This document shows, piece after piece, positions 16,941 through 27,568 of a stretch of DNA of 64,000 bases. This stretch comes from a virus, in IMG/VR virus record IMGVR_UViG_3300046514_000542. The stretch is one strand, 5' to 3'. Numbering within the stretch: the first letter of the stretch is position 1; every line of letters starts with the position of its first letter. Below the pieces are notes generated by a model, which ran no database searches, was not told the DNA's origin, and was given only the letters and a program-made list of their open reading frames with translations. A program made the position numbers and the translations under genes.

Positions 16941-17531
16941 ATGCCACAGACAACAATGCTTCCAATTTTTCGGGCTGAATACCCAATTCTGGCCAAGGCC
17001 CAGAAACCGGGAGGCGTGACTGTACTTTCGACTGTAACGTCTAATGACGTGCCAAATAAGCCAACATATGCGGCTGGTACAGTTTCTGGTTCGATTTATG
17101 CGACCGGCACGATTACACTAAATGACAATACTATGACAACGCAGAATATTGTTGTCAATGGTACGACAGTGGCATTTGGCACGAATGTGACAGTCGGTGG
17201 TTCTGCTGCTGCGACTACGACTAATCTTTTGACTTATTTGCAAGGTTCAATAGACCCTAATATTTCTTTAATGACGTATTCAGCACAATCGGCAACTGTG
17301 ATTCTTTGTACGTCGAAAGTTGCTGGTGCTGTAGGAAATACTTACACACTATCTAATGGGACTTCTACTACGCATGTTACGATGTCTGGAACAACCTTGG
17401 GCGGTGGGTTCTTGCCCGGTGGTCTTATGGTAGAAGAAGCTTCTGCAGAAGCAGCTCCTCCTGAAGAAATAGTTGAAGAAGCATCTGTGGATGAACCAGA
17501 GGGGTCTCCTCGGTCTCGCAGAAGGCGCTAA
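16941..17531 (+). CDS. hypothetical structural protein (196 aa)
   Basis: T/G/S-rich beta-type sequence with an acidic tail. It lies directly upstream of the sheath-sized gene. Confidence 0.5.
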   Translation: MPQTTMLPIFRAEYPILAKAQKPGGVTVLSTVTSNDVPNKPTYAAGTVSGSIYATGTITLNDNTMTTQNIVVNGTTVAFGTNVTVGGSAAATTTNLLTYLQGSIDPNISLMTYSAQSATVILCTSKVAGAVGNTYTLSNGTSTTHVTMSGTTLGGGFLPGGLMVEEASAEAAPPEEIVEEASVDEPEGSPRSRRRR

Positions 17532-17565
17532 GCCGTGCTTAGTTTCTTATAAAGGAACGTGAACC

Positions 17566-19065
17566 ATGCCTATTCAAACGCAGTTTAGCACGGACCCCAA
17601 TGCGATTGTAACGGTTCACGTTTCAATCATTGAGGCACCTACCCCGATTAATTATCAGAGGACCGGTGCATTTGTGTCCTTTGGTGCGACTACGATGACT
17701 TCTGGTGACACTGAGTTATTGACGCAGCTTTCTGATCTAAATCAATGGCTTCAACCACCCATGGCCATTACATCTGCAGTCTGGGCAGCGGGAGTAGTGA
17801 CTGTTACGACAACTGCCAATCTTCCTGGTCCGCCAACGATTGGTGATACTTTTCATTTAGAAATCACTGGGTTTACCCCAACTGGATACAATGGCTATTT
17901 TACATGTACAGTGACAGGAGTAAAGACATTCACATATCCGTTGGTGTCTAGCCCTGGAACCACATCTGTTATGGGAACGGCCACATTGCAAAATGCTAAT
18001 GAGCTTTCGCAAATGGCCACGACGTATTTTGGTCAAGGTAATATGATAGGCCCATGGATTTTGGAACTAGGTTATCAAAGTTCCATCAATAATAAAGTCA
18101 CTGCTTTACAGACTTGGCTGAATAACAATCCAAAGACGATTTATGGGTTCTTGATGCCGCGTGAATTTGGTTCAGACCCATTAGCAATTCCGGCATGGCC
18201 TGGACTCCCTACACCGGCTCCAGCACCTACGGCATGGATGAATCTATTGAAACAGTATCAAGCTCCAGAAAAGATGGAATATTTCTGGATTACGGTTTTG
18301 CCGACAACTATGTTGACATTGGGGCCGACTTATAAGAATGTAATTCAAATGGTTGAGGCGCCTACATTGTATGATCCTGCTGGGGCAAATCTTCTTGATT
18401 CTAGTGGTGAATTTACACTTGCGGCAATGTTCTATAATGCGATAGCTTTTCGGCCATCTAATACAAATCGTGTTGCTCCTATGGCATTCAAGTATGTCTA
18501 TGGTGTGACACAATATCCGCAGAAGAACAATGGCCCATTGCTCGTGAGCTTTAAGGCAGCAAATACGAATTATATCTCAACTGGTGCTGAAGGTGGTATC
18601 AGTTTTACTATGGTTTATGAGGGAGTTACGTTGGATGGACATGATTATTTCAACTGGTGGTATACAATAGATTGGGTTCAAATTGAAATCAATTTGAACC
18701 TGAGTAATGCTATTATCAACGGATCTAATAACCCGCTAGCTCCGCTTTACTATAACCAGGATGGTATCAATTATCTGCAGACTGTTCTTTATGACACCAT
18801 GGTAAGTGCCAGCACTTTCGGCATGGTCTTGGGCCATATTAAGATGACAGTGTATGATGGGCCAAATCTTACTAATGCTATCAATGGTGGTGAATTTGCT
18901 GGTGAATGTGATGTTAACGCTGTTCCGTTCTTGAACTATACGCTGGCGAATCCAGGTGACTATAAAATCGGGGAGTATGACGGGCTTTCAACTTTATTTA
19001 TCCCTGCCCGTGGGTTCATACACATTCTTGTGAATGTGGTCGCAACAGACCTAGTCTCACTCTAG
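17566..19065 (+). CDS. tail sheath protein (by order and size)
   Basis: 499 aa. A 145-aa tube-sized gene, a chaperone pair and the tape measure follow it. Confidence 0.55.
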   Translation: MPIQTQFSTDPNAIVTVHVSIIEAPTPINYQRTGAFVSFGATTMTSGDTELLTQLSDLNQWLQPPMAITSAVWAAGVVTVTTTANLPGPPTIGDTFHLEITGFTPTGYNGYFTCTVTGVKTFTYPLVSSPGTTSVMGTATLQNANELSQMATTYFGQGNMIGPWILELGYQSSINNKVTALQTWLNNNPKTIYGFLMPREFGSDPLAIPAWPGLPTPAPAPTAWMNLLKQYQAPEKMEYFWITVLPTTMLTLGPTYKNVIQMVEAPTLYDPAGANLLDSSGEFTLAAMFYNAIAFRPSNTNRVAPMAFKYVYGVTQYPQKNNGPLLVSFKAANTNYISTGAEGGISFTMVYEGVTLDGHDYFNWWYTIDWVQIEINLNLSNAIINGSNNPLAPLYYNQDGINYLQTVLYDTMVSASTFGMVLGHIKMTVYDGPNLTNAINGGEFAGECDVNAVPFLNYTLANPGDYKIGEYDGLSTLFIPARGFIHILVNVVATDLVSL

Positions 19066-19076
19066 GAGGTTATATC

Positions 19077-19514
19077 ATGGCATTCGCATTCACACCTCCT
19101 GGGGTCCTAAACCGGCTCCGGGCGTCGGTAGTATTTGCCAATTTTCCTGAACTTAATGTTACATCTAATTTCCTCACAACTGAAGGAATTAGATTGGCAT
19201 TAGAGGGAAATGCTACAGATCTACTACCGGCCATGGTGAGCTTGGTTAGCAGCCCGGCCCCATATATGGCAGCTTCGATAACAATGTCCATTGTTCGAAG
19301 TTCTGCATTGGCGAATTTATTTAAGCTTCAATTTGAAAATACAACGCTGATGGGGGTTGCAACAATCTGGCCTGATACAGATGTAATTCCTGTATTTAGT
19401 ATCAACAACGTCGCTCTTGAAAGTATTCGAGAGATGGCGTTTGCAGGAATGGAAGCTGCAATGGTGGTGACGGCTCGAGGTTACTACAACGTGAACACGG
19501 GGTTCTTTAGCTAA
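19077..19514 (+). CDS. tail tube protein (by order and size)
   Basis: 145 aa. AGGAGG RBS. Confidence 0.5.
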   Translation: MAFAFTPPGVLNRLRASVVFANFPELNVTSNFLTTEGIRLALEGNATDLLPAMVSLVSSPAPYMAASITMSIVRSSALANLFKLQFENTTLMGVATIWPDTDVIPVFSINNVALESIREMAFAGMEAAMVVTARGYYNVNTGFFS

Positions 19515-19525
19515 TAGGAGCGTAC

Positions 19526-20101
19526 ATGGCGACCATTAAGTTAAACCGGAAACTTAATCTGGTTGTGAAAATAGAAAATACAGATGTTGGTGACATTTAT
19601 ATTCATTCTACACCTATAGGTCGTGAAGTATTTGAAGCTAACTTTCTTGTGATTTCTCGCACGTTTACAGCAATCTACACTAATGGATTAGGACCAGTGA
19701 CAGGGCCGCGCGTTGCGGCTCTTTTGCTAAAACAAGAAGCACAAGCTCTTGGTATATGGGAACGTACCCAGCAATCTCTTATGGCTGAAATTTACCGGCT
19801 CACAAATATTGTTGCGCCAGGAAGTGAAACTGGTTGGGAACCTATGCCATGGGATGTAGCGAAAAAGCGTGAATTTATCGATGCAGAAATTGCAGCACAA
19901 GTGGAGAACTGCATCATATATTTTACTTGTGCCTCGTCGATTCACCTGAAAGCCGAATTGACAGTGGCGCTGGAAGGCTTGAGCACACTCTGGGGCGCGC
20001 AAACTACCTTATCGAGTATTACGGAATACATGAATTTATTGCAGACATCGATGCGGGAAGAGACTATTGGAGAGAATCAGCCAATGGCAGTGAATCAGTA
20101 A
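19526..20101 (+). CDS. tail assembly chaperone (G-like)
   Basis: 191 aa, directly upstream of the tape measure. An overlapping -1 frame ORF follows. Confidence 0.5.
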   Translation: MATIKLNRKLNLVVKIENTDVGDIYIHSTPIGREVFEANFLVISRTFTAIYTNGLGPVTGPRVAALLLKQEAQALGIWERTQQSLMAEIYRLTNIVAPGSETGWEPMPWDVAKKREFIDAEIAAQVENCIIYFTCASSIHLKAELTVALEGLSTLWGAQTTLSSITEYMNLLQTSMREETIGENQPMAVNQ

Positions 20102-20232
20102 TTCAGTCTTGTTTGTCATGGGTAATGGATGAAGGGTTTAGCAGCTTCTTCGATCAATTTGAATTATCATGGCCTCATAGTACCCGGCTTCAATGGCAGC
20201 AACGATATATGATAGCGATGTGGAAAGCGTGA
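19927..20232 (+). CDS. -1 frame extension of the tail chaperone (GT-like)
   Basis: The ORF is open in the -1 frame relative to 19526..20101 and overlaps its last ~175 nt. It ends 2 nt before the tape measure ATG. No canonical slippery heptamer was found by eye. Confidence 0.35.
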   Translation: MCLVDSPESRIDSGAGRLEHTLGRANYLIEYYGIHEFIADIDAGRDYWRESANGSESVIQSCLSWVMDEGFSSFFDQFELSWPHSTRLQWQQRYMIAMWKA

Positions 20233-20233
20233 T

Positions 20234-23200
20234 ATGGCAGTAATGAGAGTTGCCATACCGCCGCAGTTTGCGACGTCCGTGAATAACTTCGCGGCACAGA
20301 TGAATAATCTTCTGGCTGCGACTACACAACTCAATGCGCAGATGGCCGCTGCACAACGACCAGCTACACCAACAGTTTTTCCAACATTTCGACAAACCTT
20401 TACTCATAATCTTACTAGTCGTTTCCAACAAATGAATCAATTGTTTGTTCGATTTGAAAGAACAATACGTTATTCGGTAGATCGTATGTTGTGGACATTT
20501 GGCCCACATGTTCGTTCATTTGTTCGTACAGTTAGACCGATTGCGAACTTATTAAATGTTACTGGATTTTTAAGATCGATTAGACCAGTTATGACTTTTG
20601 GTAGATATATTGCGTTAGGGTCTGCTGCTGGTTATGCGGGAATGGCGATAACCGGTGCGGGTTCTGCAATTGCTTTGATTATTGGTACTCTGAAATGGTT
20701 AGCGTCAACTTTTTATGATGCATTCTATAAGGATCTTTTGCAGGCTAGAGCTATAGGTGCCAGTGTAGGCGGACTACGTGCATTTCGTATTGGATTTAAT
20801 GAATTACCAGAAGATCCTATGTTTTTGGAATCTATATTTAGGATACATAATGATTTTGCGAGTAATCAAGCTGCTATATTTCAATTATTCAAAGTTAAGA
20901 AATCTGCCGATATGGCAGAAACTATGGTTAATCTTCTTGTGGCATTGCAGCAACATATGCTGACTAATACTACTTCTGGGTTACAACTCCCACCCGGTAG
21001 TCCACTACTTAAACTTGCGAGCCCTCAGTTTCTTTTATCATTGCGGCAAATGTCTCCAGAACGACTACAGTTATTGGTACGTCGCTTTTATGCTACTCGT
21101 CCTGGTTTACAAGCTACCCCTGAATCAATGGAGGCGTGGTTAGAAGTTAGTCGTAAGTGGGGAGCGCTAACGGATGGTGCAGCAAATCAATTTATCAATA
21201 TTCTTACTGAACTTAATGTAGTTTGGGTATTGACAGAAACTGCTAGAATATTGACAAAAGCCACAGATAAGATTACTGAGGGATTAGTAGGAAAGCCTAA
21301 GCCTTTAGATCCTACAGATTGGTCGTCTTGGATAACGGCTGATACTACTCTTACAATTAAAAAGACGATTAAATCTGTAAAACTAAAACTTACTGAACTA
21401 AATCTTGAGTTAAAGAAATTGATAACATATCTTGGGAAACAAATTGATCGATTAAAAAATTATTTAAGAAATGCCAACATTTCTATAGTTACTTCTGCAA
21501 AAGCAGAGGGGTTACCTTTCAGTCCTGGGCCAAGATTTCGACCTGGAGTAGGACCTGGGCAACGTGATAGTAGAGATACCAGATATACTCGTCCTACTGG
21601 CCCTACGTTTAGACCAGGAATAAGACCTAGTGGTCCTTCGTTTAGACCAGGGGTAGGTCCTAGGAGTACGGTACCAAGTGGTCCTAGTGAACCTAGTAGA
21701 CCGACTGGTCCTACGTTTCGTCCTGGTAAAACTCCAGGAACTCGACAAGCACCCGGTCAACCCGGTGAACCTTTACCTTTAGAACCTACGCCTTCTGCAA
21801 GACCGGGGCGCGGTGCTCGTGAAGCTGCACCAACTGAGTATGACTTTGCAGCAACTCAAGAAGCAACAGGATTACCTCGTGGTGTTATTGATGCTGTGCG
21901 TAGTCAGATACAACAACAGGAGTCGAGTTTTCAATACAGTATGAATAATCAACGTGGTAAAATGCGTTATTCGTATCATGAAAACTTTGGTGCTTACCAA
22001 TATAATGAGGAAGATGTTGCTAATGCTGCGAGGTATTTTGGTGAACAACCACCAACTCGCCAGCAATTATTAGCGAGTCCCAAGCTACAAGAAAAGTATA
22101 TGGAGGGTTATTGGCTTTCTCGTATGAAATCAACAGGTTTAGATAAAGATCCTGTTTTTATGGATTTGCGTAATCGCGCTAAGAATGGCGATAAAGCTGC
22201 GCAAGATCGTATGGCACGTATGCTGATATCTCAGCAAACGTCTCATGGTCGTGAAGCGGTGCGTGGATTACCATGGGCTGGTGACCCAACTCAGAATTAT
22301 ACATACTGGTTGCGTGGATTTAATGAAAGATTAGCAAAAGCTAGACGTGATGGCACCCCTACTGCTCCTGGTGGAGGACCTGTTTGGCCAGGGGATCCAG
22401 TTCCAACTGCTCCTGTAACTTCTGCTGTACCCAGAGGACCTGCAGAACAAAGAAGTTCTGGTGGTTTAGTTTCTCCAATTCCTGGAGTAGATAATTTTGG
22501 AATTGGATCATCTAATGTTTATGGTGCTTCTAGAAGTGGAGGTGGTCGTGCTCACTCAGGCAACGATCTCCATGCTCCTAATGGAAGCCCAGTTGTTTCA
22601 ATGAATGGTGGAACTGTTCTTTATACTGGTTACGATCCAGGAGGTTATGATCATTACATCGTTATTAAAGGAGATGATAACGTTGTCCGAAGATATGCTG
22701 CACATGCCGCCGTTGAACAGCTTGCACCAGGATCTAGAGTTCAACAAGGTCAACGAATTGGTACTGTGGGCCTAGGACATGTTCATTATGAAGAAATTCC
22801 AGAAACAATTAACGGAAGACCCAATCCTGTTTATCAAGAGTTTATAGCAGGTGGTCATCCATCTACGTCACATCAGCGTGGTACTGTTGATCCTTCTGGT
22901 CCCGCAGGTACTCTTCGTCGAATAGGAAGAGATTTTCAACCCCCGGCAACTCCTGGTGTCCCAGGTACCCCCGGTTCTACTGCTATTCCAGGTCAACCTC
23001 CAGTGTGGCCTGGAGATCCGGTGCCTACACATATTCGTAATCAATTAGGTGTTTCACCAAACCAATTGGATCGTCCTTATCATACGCAAGGTGATGTTAC
23101 AATCGATGGGCAAACATTTCAATGGGCGTCTGGTGGTGGGCAACGTGGCAGTATTCCATACGGTACATTTCCATTACATATTGGTGAAGGTGATATTGGG

Positions 23201-24484
23201 CCAGTTGGTCAACGCATTGGATCTGTTGCTACTGTTGGTGCACCCGGTGGTGTAATTCCTGATCCTAAATTTCCTGGTAATCCTCGTGTGGGGATACAGA
23301 TACATCCCTGGAGCGCACGAAGTCTTGATGAACTGTATACGGCTGGTTGTTTTGGTATTCCTTCTGCACAATGGCCCGCATTTAGAGCCGCTCTATTAGC
23401 GAAAGCGAAAACTGGTTCATTGGTTTTGTCTATTCAGCCAAATGGCCGTGCTTCTATTATGACAAAAAATGAATTTGATATTCAAAACAACCCGCCTGCA
23501 TCATCTAATGTAGGACCTTCTACTGCTCCTGCATCAAGCCCGTGGCCAGAAAATGCACCAGTTCAAACACCTGGGACTAAACCTTCTGCTACTACAAAGC
23601 CATGGCCTGGAGAACAGGGAGAATCAGATCATAGCGGTGATAGTGATGAGGCGGAGGATCATAAAATTAAAGTAAAGAACCATGGTTCACCAAATGGTGT
23701 ACAAGAAGAAGATCATCATGGTGGTGGGTCTTTAAACAAAGGAGCAACAATAGATAATCGTTCTGACCATGATGTTAACATAGAACCTGATTCTAGTGTT
23801 ATTGTTCCTGAGGAACATTCTCGCCCAGACATAATAAGGCGACCTGGGGCAGCTAGAATTCCACGTAATCAAAAGACCATCGAGGCTAAACCAGCCCCAT
23901 TAAGAGATGATGCAACACCAGAGGAAAGACAAAAGGCTGCTGTTCATGCTATTGGACAAACTGAAACTGGGTTTAGTCAAAAGGAAGCTTATAGAGAAGA
24001 ATATAATAGCCCTGTACCGATTAAATTGCCGAGCGGTAAAATCATAGCAGCTAATGCGAATGTTAAAAAGGAAGGTGAACGTGCAGCCGATTATGGTTAC
24101 TATCAGATGAATCAAAATGATGTTGAAGAGGGTATTAAGTTGGGAATGGACCCAAATACAGCTAAGCATCTTAATGGTGGTGGTAAAGGTGGAGCATCAA
24201 CATTGGAAGAGCAAACTGGGGCAGTGACAGAATATACGAAATTAAAATATTCATCTTTGTTTAGTAAGGTAGGTGCTGGTAATTTTGAAGCATTTCGAGT
24301 TAGTGCTAAACAGGGAGGTGCTGGTACTAAATGGTTCGGACTTACTCGTGATAGAGGTGAGCCGGCTAGAAAGGCGTATGGTGCAGAATTGAAACGGTTG
24401 AAATCTCAGAGGGAAGATATGCATTATATTTCTCCTGAGCAGCAACCACCGGCTGAGCAATATGCTGAAGAATCAGTAGAATAA
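20234..24484 (+). CDS. tape measure protein with several embedded cell-wall hydrolase-type domains
   Basis: 1416 aa with N-terminal TM/coiled-coil regions. M23 motifs HSGND (from nt 22553) and HVH (nt 22778-22786). A Tlde1/DUF2778-like segment GSIPYGTFPL...IQIHPW...TAGCFGIP. Two SLT-like E...GxYQ segments. Confidence 0.8.
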   Translation: MAVMRVAIPPQFATSVNNFAAQMNNLLAATTQLNAQMAAAQRPATPTVFPTFRQTFTHNLTSRFQQMNQLFVRFERTIRYSVDRMLWTFGPHVRSFVRTVRPIANLLNVTGFLRSIRPVMTFGRYIALGSAAGYAGMAITGAGSAIALIIGTLKWLASTFYDAFYKDLLQARAIGASVGGLRAFRIGFNELPEDPMFLESIFRIHNDFASNQAAIFQLFKVKKSADMAETMVNLLVALQQHMLTNTTSGLQLPPGSPLLKLASPQFLLSLRQMSPERLQLLVRRFYATRPGLQATPESMEAWLEVSRKWGALTDGAANQFINILTELNVVWVLTETARILTKATDKITEGLVGKPKPLDPTDWSSWITADTTLTIKKTIKSVKLKLTELNLELKKLITYLGKQIDRLKNYLRNANISIVTSAKAEGLPFSPGPRFRPGVGPGQRDSRDTRYTRPTGPTFRPGIRPSGPSFRPGVGPRSTVPSGPSEPSRPTGPTFRPGKTPGTRQAPGQPGEPLPLEPTPSARPGRGAREAAPTEYDFAATQEATGLPRGVIDAVRSQIQQQESSFQYSMNNQRGKMRYSYHENFGAYQYNEEDVANAARYFGEQPPTRQQLLASPKLQEKYMEGYWLSRMKSTGLDKDPVFMDLRNRAKNGDKAAQDRMARMLISQQTSHGREAVRGLPWAGDPTQNYTYWLRGFNERLAKARRDGTPTAPGGGPVWPGDPVPTAPVTSAVPRGPAEQRSSGGLVSPIPGVDNFGIGSSNVYGASRSGGGRAHSGNDLHAPNGSPVVSMNGGTVLYTGYDPGGYDHYIVIKGDDNVVRRYAAHAAVEQLAPGSRVQQGQRIGTVGLGHVHYEEIPETINGRPNPVYQEFIAGGHPSTSHQRGTVDPSGPAGTLRRIGRDFQPPATPGVPGTPGSTAIPGQPPVWPGDPVPTHIRNQLGVSPNQLDRPYHTQGDVTIDGQTFQWASGGGQRGSIPYGTFPLHIGEGDIGPVGQRIGSVATVGAPGGVIPDPKFPGNPRVGIQIHPWSARSLDELYTAGCFGIPSAQWPAFRAALLAKAKTGSLVLSIQPNGRASIMTKNEFDIQNNPPASSNVGPSTAPASSPWPENAPVQTPGTKPSATTKPWPGEQGESDHSGDSDEAEDHKIKVKNHGSPNGVQEEDHHGGGSLNKGATIDNRSDHDVNIEPDSSVIVPEEHSRPDIIRRPGAARIPRNQKTIEAKPAPLRDDATPEERQKAAVHAIGQTETGFSQKEAYREEYNSPVPIKLPSGKIIAANANVKKEGERAADYGYYQMNQNDVEEGIKLGMDPNTAKHLNGGGKGGASTLEEQTGAVTEYTKLKYSSLFSKVGAGNFEAFRVSAKQGGAGTKWFGLTRDRGEPARKAYGAELKRLKSQREDMHYISPEQQPPAEQYAEESVE

Positions 24485-25813
24485 ATGCGATATTACCGTA
24501 TAACGATTGATGGTGGAAGTGGTTTGTATGGGCCTTGGGATTCATTTCCTAATGGTCAGAATGATCCTAATGCCCAGCAAATAGAAATGATGTTAGAGTT
24601 ATGGTCAACAAGAGATGCCCCGTCTAATAATTCTACTTTAGAAATTCATGGTGTTTCGTGGGAACAGATCAAAAACTGTAATCAGTTAATTGATAAGCAA
24701 ATCACTATAGAAGGTGGTATGAGTAAAATCGGGTTACCATTATCGGTATATCAATCTCGCCATCAAGGACTATTACTTCGTGGAACTATTCAACAATGCT
24801 ATGGCAATTGGGTTGGAACCAATATGTCCATAGGATTTGTTATTGCTGCTGCGCATAGTAAAGATAGTGGTGGAGGTGGAGGTGGAGGAGGTGGTGGTGA
24901 CAGTGGAGGTGGTGGTGACAGTGGAGGTGGTGCTGGTGCTCAATCGTTAACTCGTACTGGTGCGCGGTCTATTGATCGGATGCGATATGCTAGATCGAGA
25001 ACTTCGTTTGCAGCATTGAGACCAACGGTAACTGGAATGGAAGCTGGTGGAGGTGGGCTTGGTGGAAGTGGAGGTGGGGGTGGATTTGCTAATTTTATAG
25101 GTGGAACTATATCTAATTTTATTGGCGGCGGCACTCCTGGCATCACCAACCCGCTTAATCTAATTCACAATTTGTTGCCAAATATGCCATTGTCTGGTGC
25201 TATTCAGCAAACTCTTTCTAAAGCACTTTCTGGTGTACCTTTGCGAATAGCTATTCATCCATCGCTGAAATTAGCTTATCAAGATGCTGGTATGTATCAG
25301 AATATGACTCAGTATATAGGTTATCTAAATAAATTAAGTCAGTCGATACTTGGTGCAACACAAGGTGATAAGAACTATTTAGGTGTTGCTGCAAGTTCTA
25401 AGGGTTTGTCTTTAGATATTTGGGATGGAACAAAAGCATTTGGAACTACAGATGTAACTGCTGGTGATCTTATTGGTCAGCCAACGTGGGTAGGTCGTTA
25501 TCTTGTACAAGTTAAAGTCGTAATGCGGAATGATATAGACATTAATACAGATGTCACACTACCGGCAACGATATATAATGTTGGACCAGAAGGTAATTTA
25601 CCTTTCGCAACCAGTGCTCAAATAAGCAATATTACGATACCAACAACAATTCGGGTACAGCATGTTCGTCATATTGGTGATTTTCGTAATCCTGATGGCA
25701 ATAGCTGGTGTACGATTATTGAAGGTAATCCAGTTGGTGGTTTGATTTCTTTAACACCAGAACTTGTAGCTGAACAACTGAAACAAAACCCGGTCCCTAA
25801 TCTTCCTTTATAG
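24485..25813 (+). CDS. tail/baseplate protein with poly-Gly linker
   Basis: 442 aa. SGGGGGGGGGDSGGGGDSGGG run. Immediately follows the tape measure. Confidence 0.5.
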   Translation: MRYYRITIDGGSGLYGPWDSFPNGQNDPNAQQIEMMLELWSTRDAPSNNSTLEIHGVSWEQIKNCNQLIDKQITIEGGMSKIGLPLSVYQSRHQGLLLRGTIQQCYGNWVGTNMSIGFVIAAAHSKDSGGGGGGGGGGDSGGGGDSGGGAGAQSLTRTGARSIDRMRYARSRTSFAALRPTVTGMEAGGGGLGGSGGGGGFANFIGGTISNFIGGGTPGITNPLNLIHNLLPNMPLSGAIQQTLSKALSGVPLRIAIHPSLKLAYQDAGMYQNMTQYIGYLNKLSQSILGATQGDKNYLGVAASSKGLSLDIWDGTKAFGTTDVTAGDLIGQPTWVGRYLVQVKVVMRNDIDINTDVTLPATIYNVGPEGNLPFATSAQISNITIPTTIRVQHVRHIGDFRNPDGNSWCTIIEGNPVGGLISLTPELVAEQLKQNPVPNLPL

Positions 25814-25816
25814 CAC

Positions 25817-27568
25817 ATGGCCCGACAACCCACACTAACAGTTCAAGTTAATGCTTCACAGTTTGCTGCATTTCAGCAGAATGTGACAGCTTTGTCGAAT
25901 ACGATGACACAATTGTTGACGCAATTTCAAGGTGTCCAAAATGTCGTTAATCAAACATCACAACAAATTCAAACACTAACGACCGCTGTTCAAGGTGTGC
26001 AGAATGCTACTAGAACAGCTTTAGGAACCATTAATCAAATCACAACTCATTTTGGCAGATGGTTCACACTCATATATGGTATCGGTGCAATGCTAGGCAC
26101 TGGTGCTGGGATGCATGGAATCAATAAGTTAACAGAAGCTGTTGTTCAGCAACGTCGACAGCAATCACTATTAGGAGGCGATCAGGGAGCTAATCAGGCT
26201 GCGATTCGTGCTGGTGGTGTTGTAGATCCTAATTCAAGAACTGCTCTAACAAATATTGCATTAGGAAAAGCTGGTGTAATTCCTCAATTGAGAGGATTAC
26301 AAGGTGTTCTTCAAGGAGATTATGACCCAAAAGATAAAGTTGAAAGAATGTATGAAAAATTTATGGAGCATTTAGTTAAAATAGGAGAGACATCTGCAAA
26401 CCCGATGCAGGAGGCTTTGGCAAGAGGTGCAGGAAATATTATTGGTGAGGATGTTATCGCACGAGTGACCGGTGAAGGTGGTCGTGGAGAGTGGAATAAG
26501 ATGCAGGATTTGATGAAAAACAAACCTGCTGAAATGACAAAGACGGCCCAGGATGCTTGGACTGATTTAGGTCAAGCGTGGAAGAACTTTTCTGATAATT
26601 TCATTAATAGAATGGCGGAAGCATTAGTGCCTCTTGCTAAAGGATTGACTTGGGTAGCAGAAAAGATGACGTTCTTGACTAATTTGTCAACAAATAAAGA
26701 TGCGAATAAATGGGCAGATGAGTTTTTAGAAAGAAATAAAGCTTGGTTATCAGAACATCTTTTCAAACCACTTGATGAAATGGAAAAACCACTTGAAACA
26801 TTAAAAGGATGGTTTGTTGAATTAGGTACTAAAGTTGGTGATTTGGTTTCACAAATAGGTGCACTCTTAAATAGTTGGTTTTGGAAATTTGTACAGAGTT
26901 TTACGGGTGGTGGTGGAGATACTGGTAATAGTAAAACTCCAGGTGGGAGTCAAGATTTCAGTGCTGGTGACACTCCTCCGATACCCCCTAATATGACTTC
27001 ACCTTCTTCGACACCTTCTATATTACCCGGTGGAAAGACACCATTGACACCGGGGGTGTCGCCAGGAAGCTTGCCTGTTCCTGCTCCATTTCCAGGTAAG
27101 GTAATGCCTGGGATACCATTAATTCCGTCTACATCTGGAGCTTCTGGTGCATCTGGAGCTTCTGGTGCATCTGGAGCTTCTGGTGCATCTGCCATTCCTA
27201 CTATTCCTTGGGGAACTGGTGGTGCTCGTACGTTTAACATGCCAACACCTTGGGATCCACCCATATTGAATACACCGGGTAGAGCTGGAGACGCATTTCA
27301 GAATTATGATATACAAGGTATGCGAGGTGGGTCAAGTAGTATAGATGCCAGTTCCAAATTTGCTGGTGCTGCTCAAAAATCTAATCCCGGTGGTGGTAAT
27401 ATGATGGCAATGTTATCTTCTAACCAGACAAATGTAGGTGGCAGGGGTCGAAGAGGTGGGGGTGCTTTAGATTCAAACAATTGGCAGAGTTCACGAACGG
27501 CTTCGCTACGGATAGATAATATTGCTGGAGCGAATATACACACATCAGCAAATGCGATGTCATCCTAA
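25817..27568 (+). CDS. second tape-measure-like/tail tip protein
   Basis: 583 aa. The Q/T-rich N-terminus is like that of the tape measure. The C-terminal half is Pro/Ser-rich with (SGA)x7 encoded at 27128-27190. Confidence 0.5.
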   Translation: MARQPTLTVQVNASQFAAFQQNVTALSNTMTQLLTQFQGVQNVVNQTSQQIQTLTTAVQGVQNATRTALGTINQITTHFGRWFTLIYGIGAMLGTGAGMHGINKLTEAVVQQRRQQSLLGGDQGANQAAIRAGGVVDPNSRTALTNIALGKAGVIPQLRGLQGVLQGDYDPKDKVERMYEKFMEHLVKIGETSANPMQEALARGAGNIIGEDVIARVTGEGGRGEWNKMQDLMKNKPAEMTKTAQDAWTDLGQAWKNFSDNFINRMAEALVPLAKGLTWVAEKMTFLTNLSTNKDANKWADEFLERNKAWLSEHLFKPLDEMEKPLETLKGWFVELGTKVGDLVSQIGALLNSWFWKFVQSFTGGGGDTGNSKTPGGSQDFSAGDTPPIPPNMTSPSSTPSILPGGKTPLTPGVSPGSLPVPAPFPGKVMPGIPLIPSTSGASGASGASGASGASGASAIPTIPWGTGGARTFNMPTPWDPPILNTPGRAGDAFQNYDIQGMRGGSSSIDASSKFAGAAQKSNPGGGNMMAMLSSNQTNVGGRGRRGGGALDSNNWQSSRTASLRIDNIAGANIHTSANAMSS

